Shown here: positions 11,931 through 24,202 of the stretch, one piece after another
Layout of the letters: each line of letters opens with the position of its first letter
Position numbering within the stretch: position 1 is the first letter of the stretch
Assembly: GCF_018350175.1 (NCBI RefSeq)
Contig: NC_058368.1
Span: 74,960,001-75,024,000 of the forward strand
Direction of reading: 5' to 3'
Source: Felis catus
Lineage: Eukaryota
Length of the DNA stretch: 64,000 bases
Made by a program: the position numbers and the translations under genes
The notes under the pieces: generated by a model
Told to the model about the DNA's origin: nothing
What the model saw: only the letters and a program-made list of their open reading frames with translations
The model's database searches: none

Positions 11931-12419
11931 CCATTTGTCCATTTGTAAATGAGCTGCTTACTTTTTAAAATTTTTGAGTAGTAAGAGTTCTTTATATATT
12001 TTTACATTAGTCCTTCATTAGATATATGATGTTCAAATATATTTTCCCATTCTGTGGGTCATTTTTCACTTTCTTGAGCATGCCCTTTGAAACACTAAGT
12101 TTTACATTTCAATCTTGGTTTAAAGGAGAGAAAACATTTGCAACTGCATAGATCTTTGGTAGAAAGTAGTCACTCACAAAACAAGAGGTACTACATGAAT
12201 TACTTTTCCGTAACAAAAATACATAAGTGTTTGTAAGGATATAAAATGATTCACAAGTGTTACCTGAGATGACCACAATGGATGGAGAAAAAGAGTTCTC
12301 ATGTTTTGCCTCTTTATATTTTCTAAATATATTTACTTTATATTTACTGTCATGCTGATGTAGTTGTTCCTGTAATAATAAATGTCGATTTAAGTAACAT
12401 GAAAAACAAAAAAAAAGAT

Positions 12420-12445
12420 CAATATACATTATATATATACACATA

Positions 12446-12476
<31 letters not shown>

Positions 12477-12488
12477 GCATATACATAG

Positions 12489-12533
<45 letters not shown>

Positions 12534-12617
12534 CTTAAGCAGGCTCCACATTCAGTGCTGACCTCGATGCAGGGTTCAATCCCAGGACCAAGAGATCATG
12601 ACCTGAGCCTAAATCAT
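12420..12617 (-). mobile_element. (TA)n/(GA)n microsatellite plus 5'-truncated Can-SINE
   Basis: (TA)n, then (GA)n, then aatcttaagcaggctccacattcagtgctg...gatcatgacctgagcc; SINE head missing. Confidence 0.8.
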
Positions 12618-13331
12618 GTTGCAAGAATTTCACCGTATATTAGTAGAGAAAGAACCATAAGAATAGAGCCACATTCTAATTAGCGAATTTGAAAACTGAG
12701 AAATGGAGAAACAACTATAGGAAAAAATAACACTTATTACATAAAAGCAAAAAGTAAACATTTGATGGAATGAAATGTGAAAAAAAATTAGTCATAGAAA
12801 GAATAAGTTTTGGCACTTACCATCAAGTTTAATATATTCCTGCACATTAAAATATGTGTTGGTAGAAAAACACAAAGAAAGATGAAAATATGGAGTCTAG
12901 ATGTAGACTCAGGAACACCATTGCAATTTAGATGACAGAATAAAAACAAAACAAAACAAAACACTGGTTATGGTGGCCCAAAGAAAGGGGATTAGTGTTG
13001 GTTAATAATGATTTTTCCAGAAATGATGGTCTTTATTTGAGCCTATTGTTCAAAAGACCCAAGTGAGGAATGCTAAAAGGCACTTTCTAAGTTTTCAAAA
13101 TTTAAAAAAAGGCTCTGCACAGATTGTAGTTATGTCATTGTGCAATGAAAAAATAGGAATTTTATGTAATTTTATGTATAAAATATGTAAAAAAAAATGT
13201 ATGTTCCACAAATGCCCGTGAAGTCCAAAACTGCTTAAAAGAATAGATAAATGGACCACATAAGGTCTGGAAATTTGTTCTACTATTATAAACACTCTGC
13301 TTTTTCCAAGATATTGGCACATTATACTGTA

Positions 13332-13546
13332 CGGAAGTTGGAAACACATTTTATACAAGGTCAGATAAATATTTTCTACTTTGGGACCATAGGATCTCAT
13401 TCACAATTACTCAACTGTGCTGTTATAACATGAAAACAGCCAGCGAATGCCTACATGAATAGTCATAGCTGTTCCAATAACTCTTTATTTACAAAAGTAG
13501 GTGGCGGGCCAGATTTCGCTTACGAGAAGTAATTTGGTGAACCTTG
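13332..13546 (+). mobile_element. MER58A-like hAT-Charlie MITE
   Basis: caaggtcagataaatattttc...gctgttccaataactctttatttacaaaagtaggtggcgggccagatttc...tttggtgaaccttg matches recalled MER58A layout. Confidence 0.8.
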
Positions 13547-14504
13547 CTCTAAGATCTTCTGTCATTCCTACTGTGTATTACTAAGGATTAATTTTCCCCA
13601 TCACTATGTCAGTATTTCCAATACAACATGGAGAACGTAGCATTTATCCTGGTTGGAGAGCAGGAATAACTTTAGGAGAAACATACACACACACACACAT
13701 ACACGTGCACACACACACATACACGCACACCCCTAAAATAGTCTAATAAATCACTACATCTTAATTTAAAAATAAAACTGCAGACTTAAAGCTCAAAATC
13801 TTAAATGAAAGAAAATTTTGCTCAAAATTCTTCTTTTGGAATAATTAAATCACTACCAAATGTGTTATGACCGATTTAGACATTTTTATTTGGTATTGCT
13901 CTCCACTAAAGTTGCTTTGCTTTGTGGACCTATATCTAAACGCTTAAAAATAATATCTGTTTTATCATTTTACATAGCCAATTTTTAAAATAATTCAAAA
14001 CACAGTTTTACAAATAGAATACATGATTAATGGTGATTGAGGCAATAGTTAAGATCATAAAAACCCAGTTCACTAATGATGAATTGCAGTTATATTAAAT
14101 TAGTTTTATTACAAATATGTGTATCCTACATTTATAATTCCTACTTCTCTCTCTTTACACAACATTTTCTATGAGTTTTATGTAAGACTCCGAGATGCAG
14201 CAAACACTGAGCTTAATCCAGCAACCACAGCTAAGTAATGCAAGGAAAACATTATCTTAGAGGCAAGCGTTGATGCCATGGGGCAATAAATCATTTTTAC
14301 TTATGCTTCGTTGAAATATATGTTATAAAAAATGAAATATATGCTATAGGCCACATTTCTGTGTAGAGTTCTCAGTATTATAAAAGATTTGGATGGAAAA
14401 GTTAAATATAAAATGAAAATAAAGCTTGGCATATCTTGTAAATATCTTTTTATATTATCTATATTATTGCTTTTTCCATGGGAATTATCTAATGGGCTAT
14501 ATTA

Positions 14505-14722
14505 GTGTGTATATATATATATATATATATAGTATATATATACATATATATTAGTATATTATATTAGTATATAGTATTAGTATATAGTATATATTAGTAT
14601 ATATAGTATATATATATAGTATATAGTATATAGTATATAGTAGTATATATATTAGTATATAGTATATTAGTATATATATATTAGTGTATATATATATAGT
14701 ATATATATACATATATATATAT
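14505..14722. repeat. Cryptic (TA)n/(TAGTATA)n low-complexity array
   Basis: About 220 bp of tatata/tagtata units. Confidence 0.9.
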
Positions 14723-14797
14723 TCCCCCGTTTATGTTGTTTTATATGGATTTTGTTATTTTTTTTTCCATTTAAAATCTCATGTTGATCAAATCTTT

Positions 14798-15012
14798 CAT
14801 AGCTACCACACATTGAATACCTCCATATGGCAGATATTGTACCACTAACTTTCCATCTATAGCGCTTTTGTATAGTCCCTCAAGAAATCCAAGAGATAAT
14901 TATTATTATTTGACTTAAGAAATCCAGATTTAGAAAAAAATGAATAACATCATCAGGTTCACTGTGACAAAGCCGAAATTCAAATGAGAATATGTCTCAG
15001 GGCTGTAATTCT
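14798..15012 (-). mobile_element. MIR SINE, degraded
   Basis: atagctaccacacattgaatacc...attattattatt...aaagccgaaattcaaa resembles antisense MIR. Confidence 0.6.
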
Positions 15013-18000
15013 TTTTGGCACATCTTGTCCCTTCGTAAGCATCCGATCATATTTAGCATTTGCATTTGTTATTCTATGACTTTGCTTTAAATTATAGTAT
15101 ATTCTTTACAGGTGAACCAAAATTGAAACTTTCTATTTACCTGGGAGTAAAAATCAAATCCACCACAGTTCTTCTACTTATTATTTTAAATAAAAAAGTC
15201 TTTATTTAAAAATATGACTTAAACCGAAGGCTTCAAAACACGTCCAATGAAAATGAAACAAAGGGCTGAATTCGATATGTTTCCTACAACCCTTAATTAT
15301 ATAAACCAAGTATGTCCATCTTGGTTTAACGTAAGATTATTAATGTAATATTCTGAGTGTGTTCAATCATGGTTACTAGCAATTTCAGGATGAAGCTAGT
15401 TTCTGACATTTGCTTATATCTCAATGAATTCTCTCTATTGCTTTATGCATGATTAAGGATAGTATTGGAATAAATCTCTTTATTTCTTGACACGTTTGAG
15501 AGCAATGGTTCTTTGCCTTGAAAAACAATGAGTGGATATAGAAATTCTCCCCAAAGTCATCACTCATAGGATGCCACAATGCTGCATTTTCCTGATTAGT
15601 ATTTACGGTGACCTCGAAACTCAGTGAATGCAACAGCTAAACTCCATCAACATCACCATCATCATCGTCGTCAATGTCATCATAGGTTTTAAACATACAG
15701 TAGAAGACGCTAATATATTTGCGGAATGAGATATTTTGAGAAAAGCCGATAGCAAGATTCTCAGGGGCCATAATCAATAACCTAGGGGCCAGGGCTCAGG
15801 TTGAGTTGGAAAGAGAGTAAAAGAGAAAGGGAGAGCAAGAAAGAGAGGCTCATCAGGTCACAGAGATATGATTCCTGTTTATGTCAGCCTTCTCCAGTTG
15901 AATTGTTGTTACGATTATTATCATTAGTATGTTTGCGATTTGGCTCTCATGTGCACCAAATTGGATTACTCATAATCTTTGGCTTAAAACTATCATTACT
16001 AATGGTCCATTATGTTTTAATAAATCTTCACTGTACAATGGTATTTGAGAGTTATGGATTTTTTTGACAGAAGCTAGAAAACAAAACAGGGTCTCAGGGA
16101 TAGGATTTGGGAGGCTGAAAACTTCAAAGACTACAAACCACAATTACTACTTTAATTACAAGTGAGGTTTGATTCTCCCCTAGCACCCACCAGTTATTGA
16201 GGGTTCACAGAAATAGAACTAACCCAACTTTAATTAATGGGCAACAGAGAGATATTCACTAAAGGGGTGGCATCCTGATAAAGTCAGACCCACTTGTCAG
16301 CATTCAGTAGGCATTGTTTATTGCCTGTTCATGTTCTTTGGCTTGCCATCCACTTCTAAAGAAGTCTGGAGGTGCTTTTCCCTAACCTATAGGCATGTTA
16401 CTCTATTGAAGAGTGTTTCTTTATTTCCTCTTGTAAAGAGTTTCACCAGTAACGTAACAATGACTGACTTTTTCTGATATATTCCCTCAGTAATTTAGTT
16501 AGTGCTCTGTCTCTGAGAATCACAGCCAAGTAATTAATCTTTTACCTAGGAGACAGCACTGGTGATGTTAATAAAACACAGGAACAAGAATACATTTATA
16601 TCAGAGAAAGGACGGGAAAGATCTGTTTTAGGGTATTATTAAAAGAGGATGTTTTGGCAGGCATGAAGAGAAATAGAAGGCTGATATCAGTGTATGGAAT
16701 ATCTCATTACTGGTTAATAGTAGCATACAGAAGTCACACGGCGAGCAGTGTTTGGCTCAGGGGAGATACACTGGAATAAGATTGCAAAAGCGTGCATTAG
16801 TTTGTGCACGCCATGTATGGCCTTCATTCAAATGGTTTTTCAAGAGGTTGGAGGCATATTCCATGGACAGGACAGCACCTCTTTTTCTGATTAGGATGAA
16901 ATGCCATTGGCAGGCTTGTTTTGATCAGAATGACCGGTTCGATGGGGAAAAGATTTCAGCAACCTCTGGTGTTTCAGCAGTCTGAAGTAGGGGGACTTTG
17001 GGGAAGTAGTTGATTTGGTTATCCTGATACGACAAAAAGCAAATAAACTTTGGCGCAATTCAGAGGCAACGTGTGCATATTTAAAAATTTTTTCTGTGTT
17101 TTTGAGCCGACAATTTTTGGTGCACGTAAACCATTGTCATGAGAGAAACAGAGGCAGCGGCATATCACATAGTTCCCCTAAAAGCTTCTTTCCTTCTAGA
17201 AATCAATGCCAACACCGTCTCGGGAGTGGAATGAAAATACAGAGTTTATAAAATCGATCACAGGAACACATATTTTGCTAACATATAGAAGTGATGCCAG
17301 AACATGCCAAAAGAGGAGGGCAAGGAGACAAAAATTTTATTTAGCTATCAAGATACTTGCCAAACCCAATTTTGTTCATTCATGTATCATGAGGCTTCCC
17401 AAGAAATGACTGAAAACGGTCGTCTTATCTGCTATTTTTCTCCTTTCCAAATATATCTTAAATAAGGAACACTGATATATTTCCTCCTAAAAATGTGCTG
17501 TCTTGTTTCCTCACCCCATTAAAATTTGCTGATTTTTCTGGTATCCTTTAAAGCTTATATGGAAGCTCCTCACTGAGCTTTGCATAGGGCTGTTCCATAA
17601 TTATTTTTGCCCACAAAACATCCTGGATCTTGATCTTGAACCTATCAGTAATGAATTGGGATTGTACTTGCAACCCTCTTGATGCCTTGCACTGGGTGAG
17701 GTCAGCAGAGTAGGACCAGAGGCAGCTGTGTTATGACCTAATGATGTTACCTACCCTCTGGGTCTGAGTTCCTTTATCCTTACAAAGGCAGGAGGGAGCG
17801 AGGTGATGTCTAAGGTACTTGTTAGACCTAAAATTATAATATTCAATGCGTCTAATTTGAAATGTAAAACAAAATCTATCCAGTATAATGTTTTCCCACA
17901 CATCACTTTTATGTTTAATGTCTTGAGGTTCAGAGAAGAAATATAAACTTGAAATATTACTTTTTAAATGTAATGGTCAAAATCTCAATAGTTTATTTTA

Positions 18001-18030
18001 AAAATCATGTCTATATAGCTAATGTTTGTA

Positions 18031-18310
18031 AGGAGCACCTGGGTGGCTCAGTCAGTTAGTTGAGAGTCTGACTTCGGCTCCGGTCATGATCTCGCAGTTC
18101 GTGGGTGGGAGCCCCGCATCGGGCTCTGGGCTGACAGCTCAGAGCCTGGAGCCTGCTTCAGATTCTGTGTCTCCCCCCTCTCTCTGCCTCTCCCCTGCTC
18201 TCTCTCTCACACACTCTCTCTCTGTCTCTCTCTCTCTGTCTCTCTCTGTATCACTCTCTCTCTCTCCCTCTCTCAAAAATAAACAAACATTAACAATTAC
18301 AAAAAGAAAA
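18031..18310 (+). mobile_element. Can-SINE with expanded (CT) region
   Basis: ggagcacctgggtggctcagtc head; long CT-rich stretch. Confidence 0.93.
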
Positions 18311-18381
18311 GCAAATGTTTTTTCACTGATCTTGCATTAACAATTACAAAAAGAAAAGCAAATGTTTTTTCACTGATCTTG
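18288..18381. repeat. Perfect 47-bp tandem duplication
   Basis: cattaacaattacaaaaagaaaagcaaatgttttttcactgatcttg twice (18288-18334, 18335-18381). Confidence 0.95.
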
Positions 18382-18417
18382 CAATGAAACAAATCTACAT
18401 TAAAAATAATTATTTCA

Positions 18418-18636
18418 GGGTGCTTGGGTGGCTCAGTCGGTTAAGCACCGGACTTCGGCTCAGGTCAGGATCTCACGGTTCGTGGGTTTGAGCCCCATGT
18501 TAGGTTCTGTGCTGACAGTTCAGAACCTGGATCCTGCTTTGGATTCTGTGTCTCCCTCTATCTGTCTCTGCCCCTTCTCGGCTCACACTGTCTCTCTTTC
18601 TCTCAAAAATAAATAAATTAAAATTTTTTTTAAAAT
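18418..18636 (+). mobile_element. Can-SINE
   Basis: gggtgcttgggtggctcagtcggttaagc head, aataaataaa tail. Confidence 0.93.
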
Positions 18637-18869
18637 AATCATTATTTCATAATAACCAAAAAATACGTCAGATACAAGATAGGCTGTGTATTTGTACAAG
18701 CTGATTTCAAAGAAATAAGATCAGCTGAAATGATGAATTTCGTAAGCAGATTGTTATTTGATAAAAGCATGTCAATAACTGTCTTCTTACTGGTTGCCCT
18801 AGTGAATGAGTTGTTTTCAAAGCATCTAATGACTTAGTTAAGTTCTCCTTTGTGATCTTTAAAGTCGGT

Positions 18870-18876
18870 TGTTGTT

Positions 18877-18913
<37 letters not shown>

Positions 18914-19070
18914 AGGGTAAAGGCAGAGAGAGAGGAAGAGAGAGAATCCCAAGCAGGCTACATGCTACCAAAGCAGAGCTATTTGGGGCTTGATCTCATG
19001 ACTATGAGATCAGGACCCGAGCCAAACTCACTAATCAGATGATTAACTTACTGAGCCACCCAGGCACCTC
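18870..19070 (-). mobile_element. Older Can-SINE
   Basis: (GA)n, gagaatcccaagcaggc...gagccacccaggcacctc. Confidence 0.88.
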
Positions 19071-20057
19071 TGCTTTGTGATGCTTTAAAAATAAAACCCG
19101 ATCTTGTAAATAAACCCAGAATCAATGATTTTAACTTAAAAATGTAAACACTTATGATCAATTTTCTTCATTTCTTGCAGAGATGAATCTACTAAATCAC
19201 ACAGATGAGATATTTGCATCCCTTGTCAGAGAATTGGCAAAATGTTACCTTTGTTGTAATAGGAAATGTTGGGGAACGAGGAGCCAAGAGAAACCCTGGG
19301 AGATATTGTGACAAGGGATCTGGTTCCTCGAGGCTGCCAAAACCTTTATTTAGGTCCAAATGCACTGACACTAATCTTAATTGTAGTCCCTGCTGCTGTT
19401 TCTGTGCAAGAAACGTGTCTCCTTGACGGGAAGAGGGCGGCATAATCTGAAGGTATTCAGACACCTCGTTTTCATCACAATTTTCCAAACTAGCTTGTTC
19501 TTTTTCTAGTTAATTGTCCATATGCAAAGTTCACCAATTCTCCCAGCTACAATTCTTAGTCATTCTCTGTCAATTAGACCCAGATGGTAAAATTAAAGGT
19601 CCTTCCCATCATGGCACAACAGTAATTTTAGTTCATCAAAGATCCTTACCCCATGCCGGTTTTTCACAATTAATATTTAAGTTCCCGTTGGGCAAGTGCT
19701 TCATGAACAATGACATGTACTCTGTAGCGAGAGGACCCATCTTCTTGTCAAAGCTGATGGAGAAAAGAAAAGTAGTCTGTGGACATAATAATTACATGGT
19801 GCCTGAAAAGGTGGAAGGTGAGACACTACAGATGAGGGAGAAGATGAAAGCAACCCTCATTGCCAGAGAATTCTGAGAACAACAGAGAATGCCAAGTCCT
19901 AACTAGAATGCCCGCCCTGTGTTGAAGAAAGGAAGAAAGAACAGTGGGGTTTGGTTTGATTTTTAAATAAAATTAATAGCAAATACACACACACATTTTA
20001 GAAAATGGAAGCCTTGAAGGAGCCAGAAATTCTTGAAAACTCCGTGTCTTTCTCTTC

Positions 20058-20080
20058 ATACACATGCACGCACACACACA

Positions 20081-20119
<39 letters not shown>
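20058..20119. repeat. (CA)n microsatellite with embedded (CG)n, alternating purine-pyrimidine
   Basis: cacatgcacgcacacacacatgcgcgcgcgcacaca... Confidence 0.92.
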
Positions 20120-21134
20120 CGTATACTAGTTTAGATTTTAGGAAGCAGTAGCTTGGGGCATAGACATTTCACATAATCATTCTGAACCAATTATTGTTTC
20201 TGGAGTGGAGGAAAAGAAAATTTCCAATTGCTAGAAGATATATTCTCTCATTAAATTGACCAGGAGGCATTTTTCATTAGTTTAAATTATAACAACGTTT
20301 ATGTGAATTCTTAATATTAAGTTGGATTTGTAGATGGGAGAGCACTCAGCAAAACATTTCATCTCGGTTCCTTCTTGCAGCAAAAACAAATGGTTGGTTT
20401 TATCATCTGAATGTCAATCCAGGAAAAGGAGGTCCAAAGAAATTCAATGATTGGTTAAAGATCCCACAATGTGTAAGAGACAGATTTGGGGTTTAAATAT
20501 GTCTTCGGGCCTCAGGTTCAATGTGTTTTCTCCTAAATCAAAACTACCTTCCAAATCCTTAAGGAAAGACCTTAGTCTGTGTGCCTGCATTTAAGATTCA
20601 GTATCAGGGCTGTTAAAAGAAGGGATAGGGGTTTCTGCAACGTAAGGCAAATGAAATATTATTTTATTCTATATTCTTCCCTGATTTTAATCCAGCAGAT
20701 GATGCGGCTTCAAACACAACTTACAAAAAACGTTGATAATCTTTGTCCAAGGTAGTTATTGCATAGGATTAATATAGCAAACTCCAAAATGGGTTTTTTA
20801 CTTACAAAATAAAAGACAAATGGCCATTTTTCACCATTTGAAGAAGAGCCAGAAAGAAAAGAAAACAAGGAAACACACAAGCTTTAAATGAAATGGCCAC
20901 GTGAAAATAAAATGTATTTGAAAATAATTAACACGTAAAGCAACAGACTCCTTTCCTCTTTCAGGACTGATTTCTTTAGGAAATAAGAGATCAAGTTGAC
21001 TTCACTGCATTTCAGAATTAAATTTTTCTTGCTCAGTGCAATAATATTAGCATAATAGCTTCTTTCTTTATGGATTATCATGAAAATAGTGAGAGCAGCG
21101 GTGGTGATGGTGATGATGATAATGATGGTAATAA

Positions 21135-21352
21135 AGCTAATAATAGTAATTGATGGCTTAACATAGGCCAAGAATTGTGCATAGAAATTCATAAAAACCA
21201 GGAGCCGTCACTATTATTATCCCCATTTTAATGAGCAGGCACATGGGTCAGAGGTTGTCACTTAATTAGAGACGTTAGGATTATGATTCACCCCCAGAAA
21301 GCCTCAGAGTTGCATTCAGACCTTTCAGTCTGACTCCAGAGCCCCCGCTCTT
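21135..21352 (-). mobile_element. MIR SINE, degraded
   Basis: actattattatccccattttaatgag and cagtctgactccagagccc are hallmark antisense MIR motifs. Confidence 0.7.
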
Positions 21353-23270
21353 CCTGTGAATCAAGAGCTGCACGTAAAACCACAAACGAAAAACAAAAAC
21401 AGAAACAGAAGCATCATTTTACCCAAGAAGTGTAATTGAACTAAGATAATTAGAAAGAAAAAAAAAAGAAGTTTGACTTAGCAAGAGCTTGAATCCTGGC
21501 GGTTTTTCATGGAGGTTTTTGCATTTAAATAGCGTGTGTCTATCTTAACTTGCAGAAAGCAGAAAGCAGTCAAATATCTAAGGAAACAATACCACCTATA
21601 ATATACAAAGTTATCTGTTGCAGTTCGGATTTTTACATTTTAATTATACATGGATGTGAGCTTTGGGATACTTTTAATATGGGAGTCCTACTGGCCCCAA
21701 ACTGAGTCAGGGTGAAGTGGTGAATGAACTAAATAAAAAAAAAATACTATATATTGAAAACGTGTCTAAAATTCATGTGCAACTTTAAAGTCCCAATAAC
21801 AAGTTAATACATACCAGGATGTTTTTGATAGGAGTAAGCAGCTAAGAAATAGAAAGACTATTTGAATTATTTGCCTTAAGTCTTCTGTTACTGGTGTTTT
21901 GGTGACTTCTGATTCTCATGCTACTTAGAAAGATACAATTTCCATAAACGTTAGCATTTTCTCATTTCAACCAAAGAACAAATAGCTGAGTGATTAGGTA
22001 TGACATACTCCTCAAAAAGCTTTTTGGTATTCTTGGTAGCTTTTTATTTACTCGTGAAAAACTTGCGGAAAATCCTAACATGTTTGGCAGTGATTAGACC
22101 TTGGCTGCAGTGGGGTTTCTCATTTCAGTTGGATCGATGACGTGTCCATAGGATGTGATTTCGAGACCCAGTGTACTCAGCAGGCTGATCATGAAACTCA
22201 AAGTTCAAAGTTCAAGGGTAATAGAGCAATCACTGTGAAAAAATGCGTAGTAAATGGTTTATGCCTGTTCTTAGGTCAATGTAAGATTATCTGACGGCAA
22301 AAGGGTGAAAAAGTCCAATCATTTTAACATCCTCAGACTGATTAAAATCTAAACAAAGCCCCCATATTTTCATGCAATAAGTACAAAAGAAAACCGAAAT
22401 CTCACACTAAAAAAAATCTGTTAAATATTTAACAAAATAGAAAAACCACATGTGATGGTTACTCTAAATTTACTCGATTTAATTCGTAGCAAGAACCTTA
22501 AAATAAAGGGGAAATCTTCATCTACATTTAGATCTTAAGGGTCTTCCAAGAGATTAGGGAAAGCATGGTTGGCAAACGAGTTTTCCCTGCAGACTAGGAT
22601 AATCTAGACAGACATTTCATAAATTGTGATTCCTCTGGCAAAGTGAATAAAGAACTTCAGGTAAAGTGCATTCCAGAAACGCTAAACTGGACTGAAAATA
22701 CCCACGTTGGGGCCTGCAAATGGGGCAGCATCCCTTTAGTTTATTCCAGCTGAGCCAAGATATTAAAGGCCAGTGTGCATCTAAAGACCACACGTGGTCT
22801 TTTATCTTGACCCACCGGGAGAGATGACACCACCTGCAGTAAAATTATTAAAAACACTAAGGAAGAAAGAAAAGGACTTGAAAAGTCACTCCTAGATTTT
22901 ATTATAGTGTTTTAATGCATATGCTTTAAATTTGGATATTCTGACAAAACGCAGCAATGTTATATGCAGCCACATTATATACTCCTGGCTACGTTCATTA
23001 CTGTCTAGAAGGCTATTTTATCCCCTACTGTATTTTCAGAGCCCAGTGCACTTTCTGCACATAGAGGTATCCATAGTTACATGCATGTCTATATCTAAAC
23101 ATAAATGTGAGATATAAATGTATTATATACCAAACATTAATATAATGTTAAATATGAATAAATTTGAATATAATACAGCTATACCTACATAATAATATAC
23201 ATGGAGTAGTAGACAAATACATAGACTATGTAAACATACAGATATATATCTAAATATACACACACAGATA

Positions 23271-23512
23271 CAGTAAAACCTTGGTTTGAGAGCACAATTC
23301 ATTCCAGAAACATGCTTGTAATCCAACACACTTGTATATCAAAGAGAAATTCAAGAACCATTGGCTCAGTTGTGATCATGTGACATTCGGTATCACGTAC
23401 TACTCGTATTTGCAAGACGCCGCTCGTTTATCAAGTTAAAATTTACCAGAAGTGTTCGCTCATCTTGAGGAACACTCGCGGAACAAGTTACTCACAGTCC
23501 AAGGTTTTACCG
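23271..23512. mobile_element. Non-autonomous TcMar/Tigger-like DNA transposon (MITE)
   Basis: TIRs cagtaaaaccttgg / ccaaggttttaccg (13 of 14 match); TA on the left, tg-ta on the right; about 240 bp; CpGs retained. Confidence 0.85.
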
Positions 23513-23689
23513 TGTATCGATAAGCACAAAAATAGAAATGAAGTCACATAGGTAAGAGTGTATGCGATTTTAAGAAAACATTCATTAGTAAATGTAAAGA
23601 AACACAAATTAATCAACCATTCAGTAGTTGAGAGTCTCCCAACTTAGCGAAAATGGAACGGCAGCAAGTAAATGAAAGTGGCTTTCCTG

Positions 23690-24200
23690 GTCCCTGGTAA
23701 ACAGTTTCGGAAACAGCTTGGCAACAGTCATACACAATGTTTAAACGGTCATGTACCCTTCTGTTCACTCATTATTCTACCAGGTAACTATTCTAAGAAA
23801 ATACAATAAGAAGAGAAGCTTTATGTGCAGATATGTCTGTCAGATCATTGTTTATATTGCCAACATGTGGAAACAATCTGTATAGCTAATTATGTTATGA
23901 AGTGTTTGGTAAATTCCAGCATAGAAACCCAATGAATTAGTATATGGCCATTAAGATAATGAGGATTAAAGTTGTTAGTGATGCGGGAACATTGTAAATA
24001 AAATGTTAAATGAATTATAGTCAGAAAAATGTATAAATCCTATGATATATAACTGTCAATGGCAAAACAGTGGGGAAAATATAAACAAAATATGATCATT
24101 TCTGGATAAAGATCAATGGGTAGTTTTACTTCATTTTTTTTTTTTTTCAGCTTTTCAATCTACTCCAATTGCCCATATTTTCTGTAACGGTATGCATTAC
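23690..24200 (+). mobile_element. Ancient L1 (L1ME-like) 3' fragment
   Basis: ggaaacagcttggcaac; cattgtttatattgccaacatgtggaaacaatc; tagtatatggccattaag resemble decayed ORF2-end/3'UTR. Confidence 0.55.
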
Positions 24201-24202
24201 TT

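Larger units (their letters stand above)
10700..12110 (-). mobile_element. Old L1 (L1MB-like) 3' region interrupted by two SINEs
   Basis: aaatggaatcatataaagtgtggctttttatgtctcccttctttcacttagcataa; gtagaatggctaggtcatatggtaactct; gttttgatttgcacttccc are typical antisense L1M ORF2-end/3'UTR motifs. Confidence 0.85.

Noticed and set aside
19160..19488. + strand acceptor ttttcttcatttcttgcag and overlapping 73/98-aa ORFs
   Set aside because: No convincing matching donor and no recognisable homology
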